This document shows, piece by piece, positions 49,399 to 51,924 of a stretch of DNA of 51,924 nt; within the stretch, counting starts at the first letter, position 1, and the number at the start of each line of letters is the position of its first letter. The stretch is from assembly GCF_001194135.2 (NCBI RefSeq), contig NC_069005.1, positions 9,030,620 to 9,082,543 of the forward strand, written 5' to 3'. Under the pieces are notes generated by a model. It searched no databases and was not told the DNA's origin. It worked only from the letters and a program-made list of their open reading frames with translations. The DNA is from Octopus bimaculoides (Eukaryota). The position numbers were made by a program, and so were the translations under genes.

Positions 49399-49456
49399 GT
49401 ATATATATATATAATATAATATATTATTATGTATATGTATATATATATATATGTAT

Positions 49457-49494
<38 letters not shown>

Positions 49495-49618
49495 ATATAA
49501 TGTATTATTAAATATATATATATGTATAATATAATATAATATTATACACATATATAATGTAATATATTATATATATATAATACGTGATATATATATACAT
49601 ATATATATATGTGTGCAT

Positions 49619-49662
<44 letters not shown>

Positions 49663-50238
49663 TACACAAGCACAAGTGTCTGTCTGAATCTGTGTGCATG
49701 TGAGTGAATGTGTGTGTGCATGTGTATGTATACATGTGTCAATATTTGTGTATGTGTGCATGTGTATTTGTATGCATGTGTGTGTAGATTTTTGCGTAAG
49801 TGTACACATAATGGTCACACACATTTCCAGCAAATCCATCAGGTGATATACATTTGACACCTTGTATTTGAAAGGATATTTTGTAACACAACATCGAGCA
49901 GATGAATTAATTAGCTGTCTATAAGAAAATATTCCTAGCTTTAGATAATTAATTAATTGATTCATATTCTCGAAGGAGTGTTATATAACTTTCTTCGTTC
50001 AACTAATTGCCACATTTACACCACCTCCTGATATTATTCAGGATATCGACTGATATATATTAAAAAACAGAAAAAGCCATTCTGACTGATAGAACATGCA
50101 AAGAGTTCTAATCCACACCACTCCAGAGCTGATGAGAACTCACCTAGACTGAAACTGTGATGCTTCTGCTGTTTGATGCAAATGTTTTCTCTAAGTCTTT
50201 CAGAGCAAAGCTTTGTGTAGAATGTTACATCAGATGAA

Positions 50239-50891
50239 TTAACTCTTTAACATTCAATTCTTTAACGTTTAAAATGGTCGTATCTGGCCAAATCATTCTT
50301 CCTCTTTCATATGCAAATCATCCAGATCTGGCCTCTCACACCAACCCTGCAATGTTGCTCTAAAAGTAAACAATCACATCATTGAAATCTCAAATCTACA
50401 AGATAATGCAAGATGAATTCAAAACATTGTGAATAAATGAACATTACATTTGACAGAACGTAACCTGGATGCTGCAGGATTAAACCGGCCAAATCCAGTC
50501 AAAATATTCTACCTATTTTATGTTGAAATCATCTAGATCCAGCTTCTCTCACTTACCTGACAATGTCATTCTAAAAATAAACAATTACATCATTGAAATC
50601 TCAAAGTTACAAGATAAACACACAATTAATTCAAAACATTGTGAATAAATAAGCATTACATTTGACAGAGTAATCTGAATACTAAAAGGGTTAAACCAGC
50701 CAAATCTAGTCAAAATTTTCTACCTGTTTTATATTCAAACCAGCCAAATCCAGTCTCTTACTCCTTCCCTATTCCCTACAATGTCATTTTAAAAATAGAC
50801 AATCACATCGTTGAAATCTCAAAGCTATGAGATAATGCATGATTAATTCAAAACAACATGAGTAAATACGTATTACTCTTGACAGAGTTAA
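50239..50891. mobile_element. Array of three piggyBac-type (TTAA) MITE bodies, about 200-240 bp each
   Basis: Three similar bodies (50243-50479, 50484-50690, 50695-50887) are delimited by TTAA at 50239, 50480, 50691 and 50888. The right end CTGAATACTAAAAGGG-TTAA is the inverted repeat of the left end TTAA-CTCTTTAACATTCA. Confidence 0.75.
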
Positions 50892-50964
50892 GACACATGT
50901 TGTATGTTTTATATAAGCTGTATGCTGCATTATATAAGCTGTATGCTAATTGACAAATCTACAT

Positions 50965-51120
50965 AGTGCAGGGCTTTGTGTGGTTAAGAAGTTCAACTGT
51001 ACAATCATTTTGTCTTGGACTTAGTTCACTGTGCAGCATCTCTTGGGCAAGTGTATTTTACTACAGCTGCAAAGCTAACTGATAAGTTGTAAGTGAAATT
51101 GTGAGATAGAAATTGTACAG
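50965..51120 (+). mobile_element. Highly degenerate SINE family B head
   Basis: GTGTGGTTAAGAAG..TTAGTTCACTG..CTTGGGCAAGTGTATTTTACTACAG. Confidence 0.6.
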
Positions 51121-51393
51121 AACCCTATGTCTGTCTGTTTCTTTGTCTGTCCATCTGTCTGTCCGTTTGTCTGTCCATCTGTCTGTCCGTTTGTCTGTCT
51201 ATGTATCTATCCATCCATCTGTCTATCTGTCCGACCATCCGTCTATCTATCTATTTATCTATCTGCCTATGTTAGTAACCATCCATCCATCTATATATCT
51301 ACCGGTCTATTTATCTATTTATCTGTCTGCCTGTGTATGTATCTATGCATTCATACAGCTCTCTGTCCATTCATCCATCCATCTGCTTGTCTG

Positions 51394-51446
<53 letters not shown>

Positions 51447-51544
51447 AATAAATAATAAAAGAGTAAAATTAATTAAAAAGGAATTTTAACCCCTATTTCT
51501 AAATTCGGTGCGTGGCAAAGCAATTAGCTGATCCCTAATTATAA

Positions 51545-51750
51545 TTATGTTTATATGCTTTTCATATGTCACCGGCACCGGAGCCAATCCATGGCCCTGG
51601 CAACGATCACACTCAGATGTGCTTTTAAGGTTCCACTGGCACATGTGCCAATCAAGCAGTACTGTCATCGGCCACATCAGCGATTTTGATTTGTTTACAC
51701 TTGCCTCAATAGGTCTTCACAAGCAAAGCTCATTGTCCAATGAATGAGAG
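51545..51750 (-). mobile_element. Family C upstream part, inverted
   Basis: Reverse complement matches 31820-32000 (TTCATTGGACA..GCTTGTG.AGAC.TATTG.GGCAAG...GATCGTTGCC). Confidence 0.7.
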
Positions 51751-51924
51751 GTATGTATATATATATGTGCGTGCGTGTGTGTGTGTGTGTGTGTGTGTAT
51801 GATTTAAATAAAGAATTGTTGCCATTATTAATACTGGCACAATATGAGCTAAATTTAGATTTAGTAGGGTATATAATATCTCTTGCTACATTCAGAGCCA
51901 AGGCTCCAAAAACCACCATAAAAC

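Overview
Eukaryotic, AT-rich, repeat-dominated draft-assembly DNA with 21 N-gaps (about 6 kb, about 12%), almost all flanked by microsatellites. The SINE families (tRNA heads; CORE-like, Meta/Nin-like and V-like central domains; internal (TA)/(TG) microsatellites) point to a coleoid cephalopod, most likely Octopus. This is an inference from remembered repeat families, not a database result. No complete protein-coding gene is recognisable, and nearly all listed ORFs are microsatellite or N-gap artefacts. The supportable coding signals are transposon relics: two mariner transposase fragments (one in a fold-back arrangement at the window start), a Penelope-like GIY-YIG endonuclease ORF with a decayed hammerhead ribozyme downstream, and reverse-transcriptase and restriction-like-endonuclease fragments of an R4/Dong-like non-LTR element. 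Also present are a hAT-type MITE with an 8-bp TSD, a tandem or nested piggyBac-type (TTAA) MITE array, a tRNA-Glu pseudogene, many SINEs, a perfect 27-bp hairpin and a few low-confidence exon and enhancer candidates. The window looks intronic or intergenic. I did not find a demonstrably new biological system. The best leads are the self-nested TTAA MITE array, the mariner fold-back, the hammerhead-like motifs, the perfect hairpin and a unique island at 46.0-46.6 kb.
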